A stretch of DNA of 64,000 nucleotides from an uncultured archaeon (GTDB taxonomy: Archaea; Altiarchaeota; Altiarchaeia; IMC4; SCGC-AAA252-I15). Of the stretch, positions 19,536 through 29,425 are shown one piece after another. Within the stretch, counting starts at the first letter, position 1. Each line of letters opens with the position of its first letter. Location: contig CAZPLO010000001.1 in the NCBI GenBank assembly GCA_964587725.1, positions 128,001-192,000 on the forward strand, read 5' to 3'. The position numbers and the translations under genes were made by a program. The notes under the pieces are model-generated. The model saw only the letters and a list, made by a program, of their open reading frames with translations, made no database searches and was not told where the DNA came from.

Positions 19536-19691
19536 TTAAGCGGTTGAGATAGCCTTCTTACGGCTCTTCCGGCGTATCCTGCCGACTTTACCGCATTTCC
19601 TGCAGCGCGTCGCCTTCAACGGGTTCTTCGCGTTGCAGCTCATGCACACGCCCTTGAACAGCCGCCGCTCAGCCTCCTTAAACTTAGCCAT
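19536..19691 (-). CDS. rpl40e: 50S ribosomal protein L40e (absent from the ORF track)
   Basis: Manual translation [51 protein letters not shown] (51 aa). Confidence 0.93.
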   Translation of the reverse strand: MAKFKEAERRLFKGVCMSCNAKNPLKATRCRKCGKVGRIRRKSRKKAISTA

Positions 19692-19763
19692 CGCCAGCCA
19701 ATATATAGGGGAAAAGCATATAAAAGTACGCTATATAAACGAGGAAAACATAAAACCTTAGAC

Positions 19764-19892
19764 AGCGGGGTTGAGCAGCCAGGAGTGCTCGTCGGGCTCA
19801 TATGCAAAACCCTCAGGTTTTGATACACCAAAAACCTGTTAGGTTTTTGCTGTGTAACCCGAAGGCCAGTGGTTCAAATCCACTCCCCGCTA
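19764..19892 (+). tRNA. Initiator tRNA-Met(CAT) with a 54-nt intron at 37/38 (19803-19856)
   Basis: A1-U72 AGCGGGG/CCCCGCT, three G-C pairs in the anticodon stem (TCGGG/CCCGA), CTCATA|intron|A, AGTGG-TTCAAAT-CCACT; BHB-like junction. Confidence 0.92.
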
Positions 19893-19906
19893 ACCTTTCT
19901 TCTTTC

Positions 19907-20005
19907 TCAGGGTATCGCTATTTGGTTGACGTAGATGGACATGAACAGTAGCAGGAGTACCGCGAACAATATGGCGGCGGCAATCTCGAAGAAGGGGTTC
20001 TTCAT
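19907..20005 (-). CDS. Putative 32-aa single-TM small protein
   Basis: Manual translation MKNPFFEIAAAILFAVLLLLFMSIYVNQIAIP; fills the gap and has coding-like GC content. Confidence 0.55.
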   Translation of the reverse strand: MKNPFFEIAAAILFAVLLLLFMSIYVNQIAIP

Positions 20006-20006
20006 C

Positions 20007-20065
20007 GTTTAAACTATTTGAACTTTTGTTTAAATTGTTTTGAATTTTGTTTAAACAGTTTAAAA
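20007..20065. repeat. Degenerate 21-bp tandem repeat with GTTTAAA(C/T) cores
   Basis: GTTTAAACTATTTGAACTTTT / GTTTAAATTGTTTTGAATTTT / GTTTAAACAGTTTAAAA starting at 20007, 20028 and 20049. Confidence 0.7.
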
Positions 20066-20872
20066 TCCGAGTATGGCGGCCGACATCAGGTATCCGATGA
20101 GGAGGCCGATGGATATTGGTGGTAGGGCGGGTAGGGCTGCTTTCTCCTTGCTCTGGAGGTAGTAGTATAATGCTATGAGGCCGAGTAGGCCGCCGAATGC
20201 GGTGGGTATTGCGTGGCCTGTGCCGTGGGTCGCGAGCACGGAGACAGTGAACGCCAGCGGCAGGGCTAGGTCGCCGGCGCCCAAACCCATGACGCGGTCC
20301 CCCAAGGGTATGAGGAACATGAGGGCGAATTTGCCTTTACTTTCCTCCGCTATCTTCACCATGTGTTTGGTGACGAACACCGCCACCACATCGTAGACTG
20401 ACATCAGCAGCAACAGTATTAAGGCTGGCGTGAAGCCTAGGGATGCGCCAAGGACGGAGCCGACGCCGGATATGGTCAGCACCAGTACTATGTTGACTGT
20501 GTTGGGGTCGCTGCGCCGCCAGAACGCGTAAGCGAGAATCAGTATCGTGAGTATGAGTGAGTAGTCTCCGACGAACGCGGACGTGGTGAACAGGATGCCC
20601 ATGAAAAAGGATAGCATCAGGGCTCCGCGGATGATGAAACCCCACTTCTTCTTCATGATGAACAGGAGGGCGGCGGTGGCGACGAGGATGTAGAGGAAGA
20701 TGTGTATCGACGACGCCGGGTCCTCCGGGTTGGAGACAACAGGCTGAATAACCTGCTCCTGACCCTCCGGCGGATACATGAGGGGGAGGATGAAGGATGC
20801 GGTGTTCAAGCCCAACAGTATGGTTGTGAGGTAGATGGAACACAGTAGTACAAGGTTGCGGTAGTCCCTCAT
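20060..20872 (-). CDS. Presenilin/SPP-family intramembrane aspartyl protease
   Basis: YD (VYDVVAV), GxGD (LGAGDL) and PAL (LPALP) motifs; polytopic. Confidence 0.92.
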   Translation of the reverse strand: MRDYRNLVLLCSIYLTTILLGLNTASFILPLMYPPEGQEQVIQPVVSNPEDPASSIHIFLYILVATAALLFIMKKKWGFIIRGALMLSFFMGILFTTSAFVGDYSLILTILILAYAFWRRSDPNTVNIVLVLTISGVGSVLGASLGFTPALILLLLMSVYDVVAVFVTKHMVKIAEESKGKFALMFLIPLGDRVMGLGAGDLALPLAFTVSVLATHGTGHAIPTAFGGLLGLIALYYYLQSKEKAALPALPPISIGLLIGYLMSAAILGF

Positions 20873-20911
20873 GTAAAGGTAAAGGAAAAATAAGGAGAAA
20901 AAGAGGAGGGT

Positions 20912-22870
20912 TTATTTGTTTCTCTCCTCTATCAGCTTCTCCACCACCGTCGGGTCAGCCAAGGTGGTGGTGTCGCCTATGTCCTTAACGCCCTCCGCGA
21001 TTTTCCGGAGTATCCGGCGCATGATTTTGCCGCTCCGGGTCTTCGGAAGGGCGTCCGCGAACTGCACCCTTTCGGGTTTCGCGATGGGACCGATTTCGGT
21101 GCCGACGAACGCGCGAAGCTCCTTCGCCAGTTCCTCGGTTTTGTCGACGCCCTGGTTGAGGGTTACGAACGCATACAGTGCCTGCCCCTTCACCTCATGG
21201 GGTATTGGAACAACCGCTGCTTCCGCCACAACCTTGTGGAGTACCAACGCACTCTCAACCTCCGCCGTTCCTATGCGGTGTCCGCTGACGTTTATGACGT
21301 CGTCTATCCGGCCCATCAGCCAGTAGTCGCCGTCCTCGTCTATGCGGGCACCGTCACCGGTCAGGTAGATGCCGGGGTACTGGCTGAAATAGGTTTTCCT
21401 GAAACGGTCCGGGTCTCCGTATACTGTGCGGAGCATGCTCGGCCACGGCTGCTCGATAACCAAGAACCCGCCTTCGTTGACTGCCGCTTTTTCGTTGGCG
21501 TCCTTCTTCAGTATCTTCGGCTTCACGCCGAAAAATGGTCTGCTGGCGGAGCCGGGCTTCAGCGTGAACGCTCCGGGCAGCGGCGTAATCAGTATTCCGC
21601 CGGTCTCCGTCTGCCACCACGTATCCACAATCGGGCACTCTCCGCGTCCGATTACGTTGTAGTACCAAAGCCACGCCTCCGGGTTAATGGGCTCGCCGAC
21701 GGAACCGAGCAGCTGTAGGCTGCTTAGGTCGTGTTTCTTCGGCCACTCGTCCCCGTATTTCGCGACCGCGCGGATGGCGGTAGGGGCGGTGTAGAATATG
21801 TTCACCTTGTGTTTCTCCACGATGTCCCAGAACCGGTCCGCCTCCGGGTAGAAGGGGGTTCCTTCGAACATCACGGTTATGGCTCCGTTGCCCAGCGGGC
21901 CGTAGATGATGTAGCTGTGGCCGGTAATCCATCCTATGTCTGCGGTGCAGAAGTACACGTCGCCGTCGTGGTAGTCGAACACGTACTTGTGTGTCAGCTG
22001 CGTGTACACCATGTAGCCTCCGGTGGTGTGCAACACACCCTTCGGCTTGCCGGTGGTTCCGGACGTGTAGAGTATGAACAATGGGTCCTCCGCGTCCATC
22101 TCCTCACAAACGCACTCTGCAGATGCGCCGCTCATCTCGTCGGCCCATACCGTGTCGCGGTCGAGTTTCTCGTAGTCGTCGTCTGTTCTTTCCACGACGA
22201 TGACTTTCTCAACGCAGTCGCAGTCTTCCACGGCGTCGTTGGCGGCCTTCTTCAACGGAATAGCCCTGCCGCCGCGCATGCTGACGTTGCTCGTTATGAG
22301 TATTTTCGCCTCCGAATCCAGAATACGCTGCTTCAGGGATTCAGCGCTGAATCCGCCGAACACGATGCTGTGTATGGCTCCGATGCGCGCGCATGCCAGC
22401 ATGGAATAAGCCAGTTCGGGTATCATGGGCAGGTATATGCAGACCCTGTCGCCCTTGGATACTCCGTGCTTCTTCAACACGTTCGCGAACCTGCAGACCT
22501 GCTCGTGCAGCTGTTTGTATGTTATCTTCTGGACGTCCGAGGGGTCGTCTCCCTCCCAGATGATTGCGACCTGGCCGCCGCGGTCTTCCAGGTGGCGGTC
22601 GACGCAGTTGTAGCATGCGTTCAGCTTGGCGCCATCAAACCACTTACACTCGAGGGATTCTGGATTCCACTGGTATACTTTGTCCCATTTCTTGAACCAG
22701 GTGGTGTTCTCGGCCATCTCAGCCCAGAAGCCGTCCGGGTCTTCAAGAGACCGCTTGTACATCTCCTCGTATTGTTCGACGCTTTTGATATGTGCTTTCT
22801 CTTTGAACCAATTCGGCGATTCAATCTTCTTTCCTTCACCCATCATGGATTCGATGCTGTCTTCAGCCAT
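20912..22870 (-). CDS. acs: Acetyl-CoA synthetase (AMP-forming)
   Basis: [44 protein letters not shown]. Confidence 0.97.
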   Translation of the reverse strand: MAEDSIESMMGEGKKIESPNWFKEKAHIKSVEQYEEMYKRSLEDPDGFWAEMAENTTWFKKWDKVYQWNPESLECKWFDGAKLNACYNCVDRHLEDRGGQVAIIWEGDDPSDVQKITYKQLHEQVCRFANVLKKHGVSKGDRVCIYLPMIPELAYSMLACARIGAIHSIVFGGFSAESLKQRILDSEAKILITSNVSMRGGRAIPLKKAANDAVEDCDCVEKVIVVERTDDDYEKLDRDTVWADEMSGASAECVCEEMDAEDPLFILYTSGTTGKPKGVLHTTGGYMVYTQLTHKYVFDYHDGDVYFCTADIGWITGHSYIIYGPLGNGAITVMFEGTPFYPEADRFWDIVEKHKVNIFYTAPTAIRAVAKYGDEWPKKHDLSSLQLLGSVGEPINPEAWLWYYNVIGRGECPIVDTWWQTETGGILITPLPGAFTLKPGSASRPFFGVKPKILKKDANEKAAVNEGGFLVIEQPWPSMLRTVYGDPDRFRKTYFSQYPGIYLTGDGARIDEDGDYWLMGRIDDVINVSGHRIGTAEVESALVLHKVVAEAAVVPIPHEVKGQALYAFVTLNQGVDKTEELAKELRAFVGTEIGPIAKPERVQFADALPKTRSGKIMRRILRKIAEGVKDIGDTTTLADPTVVEKLIEERNK

Positions 22871-22922
22871 TTCAGTTTACCTCTGTTTTATCGTAAAAAC
22901 GCGGATTCTGCCGCGGAGTATA

Positions 22923-23426
22923 TTACTTTGAAAGGTTGTTTAAAAAGTCCTGGAGGATGGGGAGGAGCTGCCGGGTTTCGGGAATGAATTCCTCCGTCTC
23001 AATCTTCTTCAGGGCCTCCTCCAGTGTCATGAACTCCCCGTACTCTATCTCGTCTTCAAGAAGGTCGGGTTTCTGGGATGTCTTGAAGCCATACACCGTG
23101 ACGTTTTCAGACTCCTCCGGCAGCCGCTTCCTGAAGTAACCCATCCTGAAGGGTTTCGAACGTAGGTCCGCCTCCTCCAGTCCTTCACGGACTACGGCGT
23201 CGTCGTAGCTTTCGCCCGAGGGGACGTGCCCGCCCAAGACGATGCTCCACCGGCCTCCGAAGAACTCCTTGTCCGATGCGCGTCTGTTGACTAGAATCCG
23301 CCAAGCAGGATCGAACACAAAAAACATCACACTGCGGTGCAACAGATTCTGTTCGTGGCATTCGTCCCTGCTGGCCTTCCCCAACACGGTGTCGTCTTCG
23401 TCCACTAAGTCCAAATACTCGGTCAT
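22923..23426 (-). CDS. Nudix hydrolase (IDI1/YfcD-like fold)
   Basis: DLVDEDD..LG, LLHRSV, GGHV.SGE....AVVREGLEE. Confidence 0.85.
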   Translation of the reverse strand: MTEYLDLVDEDDTVLGKASRDECHEQNLLHRSVMFFVFDPAWRILVNRRASDKEFFGGRWSIVLGGHVPSGESYDDAVVREGLEEADLRSKPFRMGYFRKRLPEESENVTVYGFKTSQKPDLLEDEIEYGEFMTLEEALKKIETEEFIPETRQLLPILQDFLNNLSK

Positions 23427-25429
23427 CTCTCCTCGGTGAACATGAATTTTCCGTGGCGGGGCTCGTAAATTTCCCCTTTCTTCTTCAACTCGCTGATTAT
23501 CTGGTCGACGGTGAACTTGTCTATGTTCTTCTCCGACATCGCTTCCCTGATTCCATCCAGCGACGCCATGCCGTCGGGGCTCGACTCTATGATCTCCCTT
23601 ATCGTTTCCTCCACGGTGCGGATTCTGTCCCTCATGCTCTTCGGGTGGTCTGTTACGATGCGGTCTATGTCGAATTCCCCTGTTTCGGCGTCGTATGCTA
23701 TCTCCTTCAAAACGAAGTCTGTGAGTTTGATTGCTCTTTCAACGTCTCCGACCGAGACCTCGTCGCTGAGCCTCAGTTTCGCAGACGCCTCCGACAGTCT
23801 TACCAATGCCTCCAGCTGACGTGGTGTGGCTGCGGCTGCGCCTCCGCGGCCCCGCGCACGCAACGCAACATAGTATTCCCGTATCTTCTCCACCGTGTCC
23901 TGGGTGAGCTCCGGCCGGATGTTCCGGCGGGCGTAGGCTATGTATTTCCGGAACAATGCGGCGTCGACGGGCGGCCTTATCTCCTCCAGGCTCTCGCTGC
24001 GGTGCATCTTCAGCATGTGCTCGGCGATGCTCCGGTCCGTTTCTCTGTCCAACACGTCCCTTATCGGGAATATGAGGTCGAAACGCGAAATGAGGGTGGG
24101 AGGTATGTCAAACTGTTCCGCCAGCGGCTTGTAGTTGTCGAAGCGGCTGAACTTAGGATTAGAGGCTGCCAGTATGCTGGTGTTGGCCTTGAACTTGGTT
24201 ATGATGCCGGCTTTGGCGACGGATATTGTCTGCTGTTCCATGGCCTCGTGCATGGCGCTCCGGTCCTCCTTGTCCATTTTGTCGAATTCGTCTATTGCGG
24301 CGATGCCGCCGCCGGCCAGCACGAGCGCCCCCGCCTTCAGGGTCCACGCGCCGTCGGCGAGCTCGTCCTTTTCAGCGGTCGCCGTCAGTCCGGCTCCGGT
24401 GGTGCCTTTGCCTGTGACGTATATGCTCTTCGGGGCTATCTGGTCCACGTACTGGAGGACGCGGGATTTCGCCACGCCCGGGTCTCCGATGAGCAGCAGG
24501 TGTATGTCTCCGCGGGCTTTGGTGCCGTCCGGCAGAACCTTTCCCTGGCGGCCGCCGAACAGTTGCAGGGCTATTGCCTCCTTCACCTCCCGGTAGCCGT
24601 AGATGGATGGTGCGATGCAGTCGACTATTTTGTCGTGCAACCGCGGGTCCTTCGCAAGCTCCTGAATCTCCTTCTCTTCTTCGTCTGTTATCTCGAACTC
24701 CTCGAACTCGCGCTCCACCGCCTCCATGTGGTTTACTTCCAGGAATTTCCCGTATACGGAGCCCTTAGCCTTCTGAGGCTTCAGCCGGACTATTCCGGTG
24801 ATGATGACCTTGTCGCCTGCGGTGACGACGTCGGTCATGTCCTCCTCCGCCCAGAGTTCTATGCGACGTGCTTGTTCGCCGCCGACGAGCATCTCCAGAG
24901 GCTCCTGTATCTCGAGGCGCTGGACGTCAGTCCACTCGCTCTCCTCCAGTATGAAGCGGAAGTCGCTTTTCCCGCAGCTCCTGCAGCGGCCAGGTTCAAT
25001 GAGCATCCGCTTGTCCTGAACGATCCAGTTGTGTTCGTCACAGCGGCTGCACACAAACAATGCCTTGCTGACCTTCGGCAGCACGTCGCTGATTCTGTTT
25101 ACCACGCCTTCCACGGAGATGAACTTGCCTATGAAGTCCGACGTTATGTCTCTGACTGGGACGGTGTAGCCGCGTTCCTTCGGCACGTTTCTGAACCGGG
25201 CGTTGAATTTTGGGTTCTCTACGACTGTGAGGATGCCCATGTTGTTTAGGACTTCGTTGAAGTCCGCCAGCACTTCGTCGGGGGTGTGGCGCAGGCGGTC
25301 GGCGAGGTCTCTGTCGTGGCGTTCCAGCTCCTCGAAATCCAGAACCAGGCTTTTTTTCTCGGGGTACTTCTCCCCCAGCCTGCGGAGCTGCTCCTTCTGC
25401 TTCCCCATGAAGGACTCAATCTTCTTCAA
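23423..25429 (-). CDS. mcm: MCM replicative helicase
   Basis: Zn finger C..C/C..C, GDPGVAKS, IDEFDKM, HEAMEQQ, SRFD, TPRQLE; TTG start preceded by GAGGTG. Confidence 0.97.
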   Translation of the reverse strand: MKKIESFMGKQKEQLRRLGEKYPEKKSLVLDFEELERHDRDLADRLRHTPDEVLADFNEVLNNMGILTVVENPKFNARFRNVPKERGYTVPVRDITSDFIGKFISVEGVVNRISDVLPKVSKALFVCSRCDEHNWIVQDKRMLIEPGRCRSCGKSDFRFILEESEWTDVQRLEIQEPLEMLVGGEQARRIELWAEEDMTDVVTAGDKVIITGIVRLKPQKAKGSVYGKFLEVNHMEAVEREFEEFEITDEEEKEIQELAKDPRLHDKIVDCIAPSIYGYREVKEAIALQLFGGRQGKVLPDGTKARGDIHLLLIGDPGVAKSRVLQYVDQIAPKSIYVTGKGTTGAGLTATAEKDELADGAWTLKAGALVLAGGGIAAIDEFDKMDKEDRSAMHEAMEQQTISVAKAGIITKFKANTSILAASNPKFSRFDNYKPLAEQFDIPPTLISRFDLIFPIRDVLDRETDRSIAEHMLKMHRSESLEEIRPPVDAALFRKYIAYARRNIRPELTQDTVEKIREYYVALRARGRGGAAAATPRQLEALVRLSEASAKLRLSDEVSVGDVERAIKLTDFVLKEIAYDAETGEFDIDRIVTDHPKSMRDRIRTVEETIREIIESSPDGMASLDGIREAMSEKNIDKFTVDQIISELKKKGEIYEPRHGKFMFTEER

Positions 25430-25500
25430 GCCAACGCACCTCAGAAAAAGAGGGTTAAGGTATAGGGAGTCGGTTAAATAAAAAACCTATTTCGTCGTTT

Positions 25501-25528
25501 GTCGAACACGTTTTCGACGATTTTTAAA
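25501..25528. promoter_or_regulatory. Palindrome GTCGAA-N6-TTCGAC next to a TATA-like box, candidate operator
   Basis: Inverted repeat 25501-25518; TTTTTAAA at 25521-25528 upstream of HTH ATG25554. Confidence 0.5.
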
Positions 25529-25553
25529 TGATTGTCTACATAGTATTGATGGT

Positions 25554-26258
25554 ATGCTGAACGCGAGAGAGAGCGTGGCCAAGAACATCGCAGGAGAGAT
25601 AACCCTGTCGGACCGCTGCTGCACCACCATGAGAAAGTGGAGGGAGATATTCGGTGTGAAGCAGACGGACCTCGCCAGGGAGCTGCGTGTGTCTCCGTCG
25701 GTCATATCAGACTACGAGTCCGGACGGCGGAATTCGCCGGGCACTCACTTCGTGAAGAAGTACGTGGAGTCCCTGGTTGACATAGACGACCGCAACGGCG
25801 GGATGGTGCTGAGCAAGTTCATGGTGGAGCGACCCGAAGCCATAATGGAGCTGCATGAGTTCAGCAACCCCGTGAAGGCCTCCCGTTTCGTGAAACTCAT
25901 AGAGGGGGAAGTCATAGCCAACAAGCGGCTCATAGGCAACAGGGAATTGCGCGGCTACACCGTCATAGACAGCATCCAGGCCATACTGAACCTGAGCGAG
26001 CGCGAGTTCAGGAGCATCTACGGCTCCAGCACCGAACGGGCGCTGGTGTTCACGAAGGTGAAGATGGGGCGCTCGCCCATGATAGCGGTGAAGGTAACGC
26101 AGCCGAAGCCGGGGATGATAGTGTTGCACGGGGTAACCCCCAAGAAAGTCGACCGGCTCGCAACCCACATAGCGGAGAAGGAGAGGATACCGCTGGTGGT
26201 CTCCAAGGTGAAGACGGAGGAGGAGTTAATTGGGCGGGTGCGGAGGAATTTGACATGA
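25554..26258 (+). CDS. XRE-family HTH regulator linked to HMG-CoA synthase
   Basis: [32 protein letters not shown]. Confidence 0.9.
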   Translation: MLNARESVAKNIAGEITLSDRCCTTMRKWREIFGVKQTDLARELRVSPSVISDYESGRRNSPGTHFVKKYVESLVDIDDRNGGMVLSKFMVERPEAIMELHEFSNPVKASRFVKLIEGEVIANKRLIGNRELRGYTVIDSIQAILNLSEREFRSIYGSSTERALVFTKVKMGRSPMIAVKVTQPKPGMIVLHGVTPKKVDRLATHIAEKERIPLVVSKVKTEEELIGRVRRNLT

Positions 26259-27307
26259 CGGGAATAGTAGGGTACGGGGCGTATGTGCCCCGGTACAGGA
26301 TAACCCCCCACGAGATAAGCAAGGTGTGGGGCGGCGACGGAGAAAGGTGGAGCAAGGGATTGAATGTTAGGGAGAAGAGCGTGCCGGCCATGGACGAAGA
26401 CGTGGTCACAATAGCCACCGAGGCCGCGCGGCTGGCGCTGAAGCACTCCCAGGTTAATCCGAGAGACATCGAAGCAGTGTATGTTGGTTCCGAGTCGCAT
26501 CCTTACGCGGTGAAGCCGACCGCCACCATCGTGGCGGAGGCGATTGAGGCGACGCCGGACATGACCGCTGCAGACTACGAGTTCGCGTGCAAGGCGGGGA
26601 CCGCCGCCATCCAGACCTGCCTGGGGCTGGTTAAGTCCAAGATTGTGAAATACGGCCTCGCCATAGGCGCCGACACAAGCCAGGGCCGTCCCGGAGACGC
26701 CCTCGAATACACGGCATCCGCCGGCGGAGCGGCCTACGTGATAGGTGAAAGGAAGACTATAGCGGACATCAGAGACACGTACTCCTTCACCACCGACACG
26801 CCGGACTTCTGGAGGAGGGAGGGACAGGATTATCCCATGCACGGCAGCCGCTTCACAGGAGAGCCGGCGTACTTCAAACACGTCATATCCGCGTCCACCA
26901 GGATAATGGAACGCAATAACATGAAACCAGAAGACTTCAGGTATGCGGTGTTCCACCAGCCCAACGGCAAGTTCCCGCTGGCCGCCGCCAAGAAGCTTGG
27001 TTTCAAGAAGGAACAGGTCGAAACTGGATTGCTGACTCCGGTTATAGGAAACACCTACTCCGGTGCGACGCCGCTGGCGTTGAGCGCGGTGTTGGACGAG
27101 GCCGAAGCCGGCGACATGATACTCGCAACCTCGTACGGTTCAGGGGCGGGAAGCGACGCCTTTATCATAAAGGCTACAGATCGCATATCGAAGAACAGGA
27201 ACCCGAAACCTGTTCGGGAGCAGATAAAGGACCGCATATACATCGAATACAGCACCTACGCGAAATTCAAGGGCAAGATAAAGGGTGTGGGTCTGCAGAA
27301 GGGGTGA
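26255..27307 (+). CDS. HMG-CoA synthase (archaeal)
   Basis: [18 protein letters not shown] catalytic Cys, [18 protein letters not shown]. Confidence 0.96.
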   Translation: MTGIVGYGAYVPRYRITPHEISKVWGGDGERWSKGLNVREKSVPAMDEDVVTIATEAARLALKHSQVNPRDIEAVYVGSESHPYAVKPTATIVAEAIEATPDMTAADYEFACKAGTAAIQTCLGLVKSKIVKYGLAIGADTSQGRPGDALEYTASAGGAAYVIGERKTIADIRDTYSFTTDTPDFWRREGQDYPMHGSRFTGEPAYFKHVISASTRIMERNNMKPEDFRYAVFHQPNGKFPLAAAKKLGFKKEQVETGLLTPVIGNTYSGATPLALSAVLDEAEAGDMILATSYGSGAGSDAFIIKATDRISKNRNPKPVREQIKDRIYIEYSTYAKFKGKIKGVGLQKG

Positions 27308-28476
27308 ATGAAGTGAACGTAGCAGTAATAGGGGTGGGTTTGACCAGGTTCGGAGAGTTCTGGGAGAAAAGCTACCGCGACCTCATAACGGAGGCCGGCG
27401 TGCACGCCATAAAGGACGCGGGCATAGACGGCGTCGAAGTCGACGCACTGTATGTGGGCTCGATGACGCCCGGACTGTTCATACAGCAGGAGCACATCGG
27501 TGCGCTTGTTGCGGACAACTCCGGGCTGCTTGGGGTGCCGGCCACGCGAGTGGAGTCGGCCTGCGCGTCCGGGGGGGTTGCGCTGCGGCAGGCTTACCTC
27601 GCAATCAAAGCCGGCGTGGCGGACATTGTCGTCGCAGGCGGCGTGGAGAAGATGACCGACGTCAGCACCGAACACGCCACCGTCGCGTTGGCTGGGGCGG
27701 GCGACCAGGAGTGGGAGGCCTTCCACGGCGTGACGTTCCCGGCCATATACGCGCTGATGGCCCGCCGACACATGATAGAGTACGGGACCACGGAGGAGCA
27801 GATGGCGATGGTGTCCGTGAAAAACCACCACAACGGCTCGTTGAACCCGAACGCACAGTACAGGAAAAAGTTCACGTTGGAGGACGTCATGGACTCGGCT
27901 CCCATAGCCGACCCGCTGAAGCTGCTCGACTGCTCTCCCATAACAGACGGGGCGGCGGCTGTGATACTGGCGAGCGAAGAAAAGGCGAAAGAGCTGTCAG
28001 ACAAACCCGTATGGATTACCGGCAGCGGGCAGGCGTCCGACTCACTGGCATTGCACGACAGGAAGAGCATGTGCAGGATCGATGCGGCCGTGAAGGCGTC
28101 GAAGACCGCTTACAAGATGGCGGGTGTTACGCCGAACGACATAGACTTCGCGGAAGTCCACGACTGCTTCACCATAGCGGAGATAATGGCTGTTGAAAGC
28201 CTGGGGTTCTGCGAGCTCGGTTCCGGAGGAAGATTCACTGAAGACGGCGAGACCGCTTTGTACGGGAGCAAACCCGTCAACACCTCCGGAGGGCTGAAGG
28301 CGAAAGGCCACCCCGTCGGCGCCACCGGCATAGCGCAGGCCGTGGAGACGGTGCTGCAGCTGCGCGGGGAAGCGGACAAGAGACAGATAAAGGGTGCGAA
28401 GACCGGGTTGACGCATAACGTGGGGGGCAGCGGAGCTTCGTGCGTGGTTCACGTATTCCAGAAGGAGGTGGCATGA
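27304..28476 (+). CDS. Acetoacetyl-CoA thiolase (archaeal)
   Basis: [37 protein letters not shown]. Confidence 0.95.
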   Translation: MNEVNVAVIGVGLTRFGEFWEKSYRDLITEAGVHAIKDAGIDGVEVDALYVGSMTPGLFIQQEHIGALVADNSGLLGVPATRVESACASGGVALRQAYLAIKAGVADIVVAGGVEKMTDVSTEHATVALAGAGDQEWEAFHGVTFPAIYALMARRHMIEYGTTEEQMAMVSVKNHHNGSLNPNAQYRKKFTLEDVMDSAPIADPLKLLDCSPITDGAAAVILASEEKAKELSDKPVWITGSGQASDSLALHDRKSMCRIDAAVKASKTAYKMAGVTPNDIDFAEVHDCFTIAEIMAVESLGFCELGSGGRFTEDGETALYGSKPVNTSGGLKAKGHPVGATGIAQAVETVLQLRGEADKRQIKGAKTGLTHNVGGSGASCVVHVFQKEVA

Positions 28477-28877
28477 TGAGCGAAGGACTTGCGTTGCATT
28501 GGAGGCTGATCCCCCCCAGGTATAATCTCAGGGGGAGCGAGTGCAAGAACTGCGGACAACGGTTTTTTCCGCCCAGAAACATCTGCCCCGGCTGCAGGAG
28601 ACGCAGCAGGATGGAGGCGTTCAAGTTCAGCGGGGAAGGGGAAGTTTTCAGCTACACGGTAGTGTATGCTGCGCCCACTGGATTCGAGTACCAGAAGCCG
28701 TATGTGGTGGCTGTGGTGAAACTGGATGAAGGCACTATGTGCACCGCCCAGGTGGTGGACTGCGAGTCCGGCGAGGTTAAAGTTGGCAGCAGGGTGGAGG
28801 CCGTGTTCAGGAAGATAATGGCGGACAAGGACTCAGGGATAATACGCTACGGATACAAGTTCAAACTGAAGAAATAA
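28473..28877 (+). CDS. DUF35 Zn-ribbon/OB-fold scaffold of the thiolase-HMGCS complex
   Basis: C..CG..FFPPR..CP.C, GIIRYGYKF; GGAGGTG RBS. Confidence 0.93.
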   Translation: MMSEGLALHWRLIPPRYNLRGSECKNCGQRFFPPRNICPGCRRRSRMEAFKFSGEGEVFSYTVVYAAPTGFEYQKPYVVAVVKLDEGTMCTAQVVDCESGEVKVGSRVEAVFRKIMADKDSGIIRYGYKFKLKK

Positions 28878-28950
28878 TTTACATATTTACATGCATAATT
28901 ATGTACAATGTATGAATAATTTACATATGTAAATAAACAGATATTAGTAT
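28873..28950. terminator. AT-rich palindromic/direct-repeat tract between convergent genes
   Basis: AATAATTTACATAT at 28873 and 28915; perfect palindrome ATTTACATATGTAAAT at 28919-28934. Confidence 0.45.
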
Positions 28951-29393
28951 TTTATTTCGTGCTGCACATGCTCCCTGGCCTTCTGTATCGGATGTCCCTT
29001 GGCTAGTATGACCATAGTCACCAACGCAACGACAAAGGACATGACGAAATAGCCGAGGCCGACAGACAAACCGACCGCCGCCGAAACCCAGATGGCGGCG
29101 GCGGTGGTTATGCCGTGTATGATGTCGCCCTGCTGACGCCATATGACGCCGGCGCCGATGAAGCCCACGCCGGTCACAATCTGAGCCGCCACCCTCGAAG
29201 GCTCGCTGCCGACAGGGAAACCCAGAACCGACAACACCGTGAACAACGCAGAACCCATGCAGATGAGGCTGAATGTGCGCATGCCCGCGCCCTTTTCACC
29301 GCCCTTACGTTCTACGCCAATCATAAGCCCGAGGATAGCCGCGAACAAAACCCTCGCCAGCATCCCCAGCTCGACGTTCAAAGACTCCAGCAT
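28944..29393 (-). CDS. MgtC/SapB-family membrane protein
   Basis: IGVER, AGMRTF, RVAAQIVTGVGFIGAG, GITTAA; start moved to ATG29393. Confidence 0.92.
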   Translation of the reverse strand: MLESLNVELGMLARVLFAAILGLMIGVERKGGEKGAGMRTFSLICMGSALFTVLSVLGFPVGSEPSRVAAQIVTGVGFIGAGVIWRQQGDIIHGITTAAAIWVSAAVGLSVGLGYFVMSFVVALVTMVILAKGHPIQKAREHVQHEIKY

Positions 29394-29425
29394 CCTGAAT
29401 AACAAAGGGGAGGGAGGGTATAAAA

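Noticed and set aside
16600-20000. Provirus or integrative element at the tRNAs
   Set aside because: No integrase, viral or plasmid genes; the flanks are core genes.
22886-22927. Short inverted repeats upstream of acs
   Set aside because: Arms of 4-5 bp are expected by chance.
23453-25249. Long antisense ORFs (598 aa here; also 21731-22987, 60916-61956, 10553-11443)
   Set aside because: They are shadows of well-supported genes in a GC-rich genome and carry no motifs.
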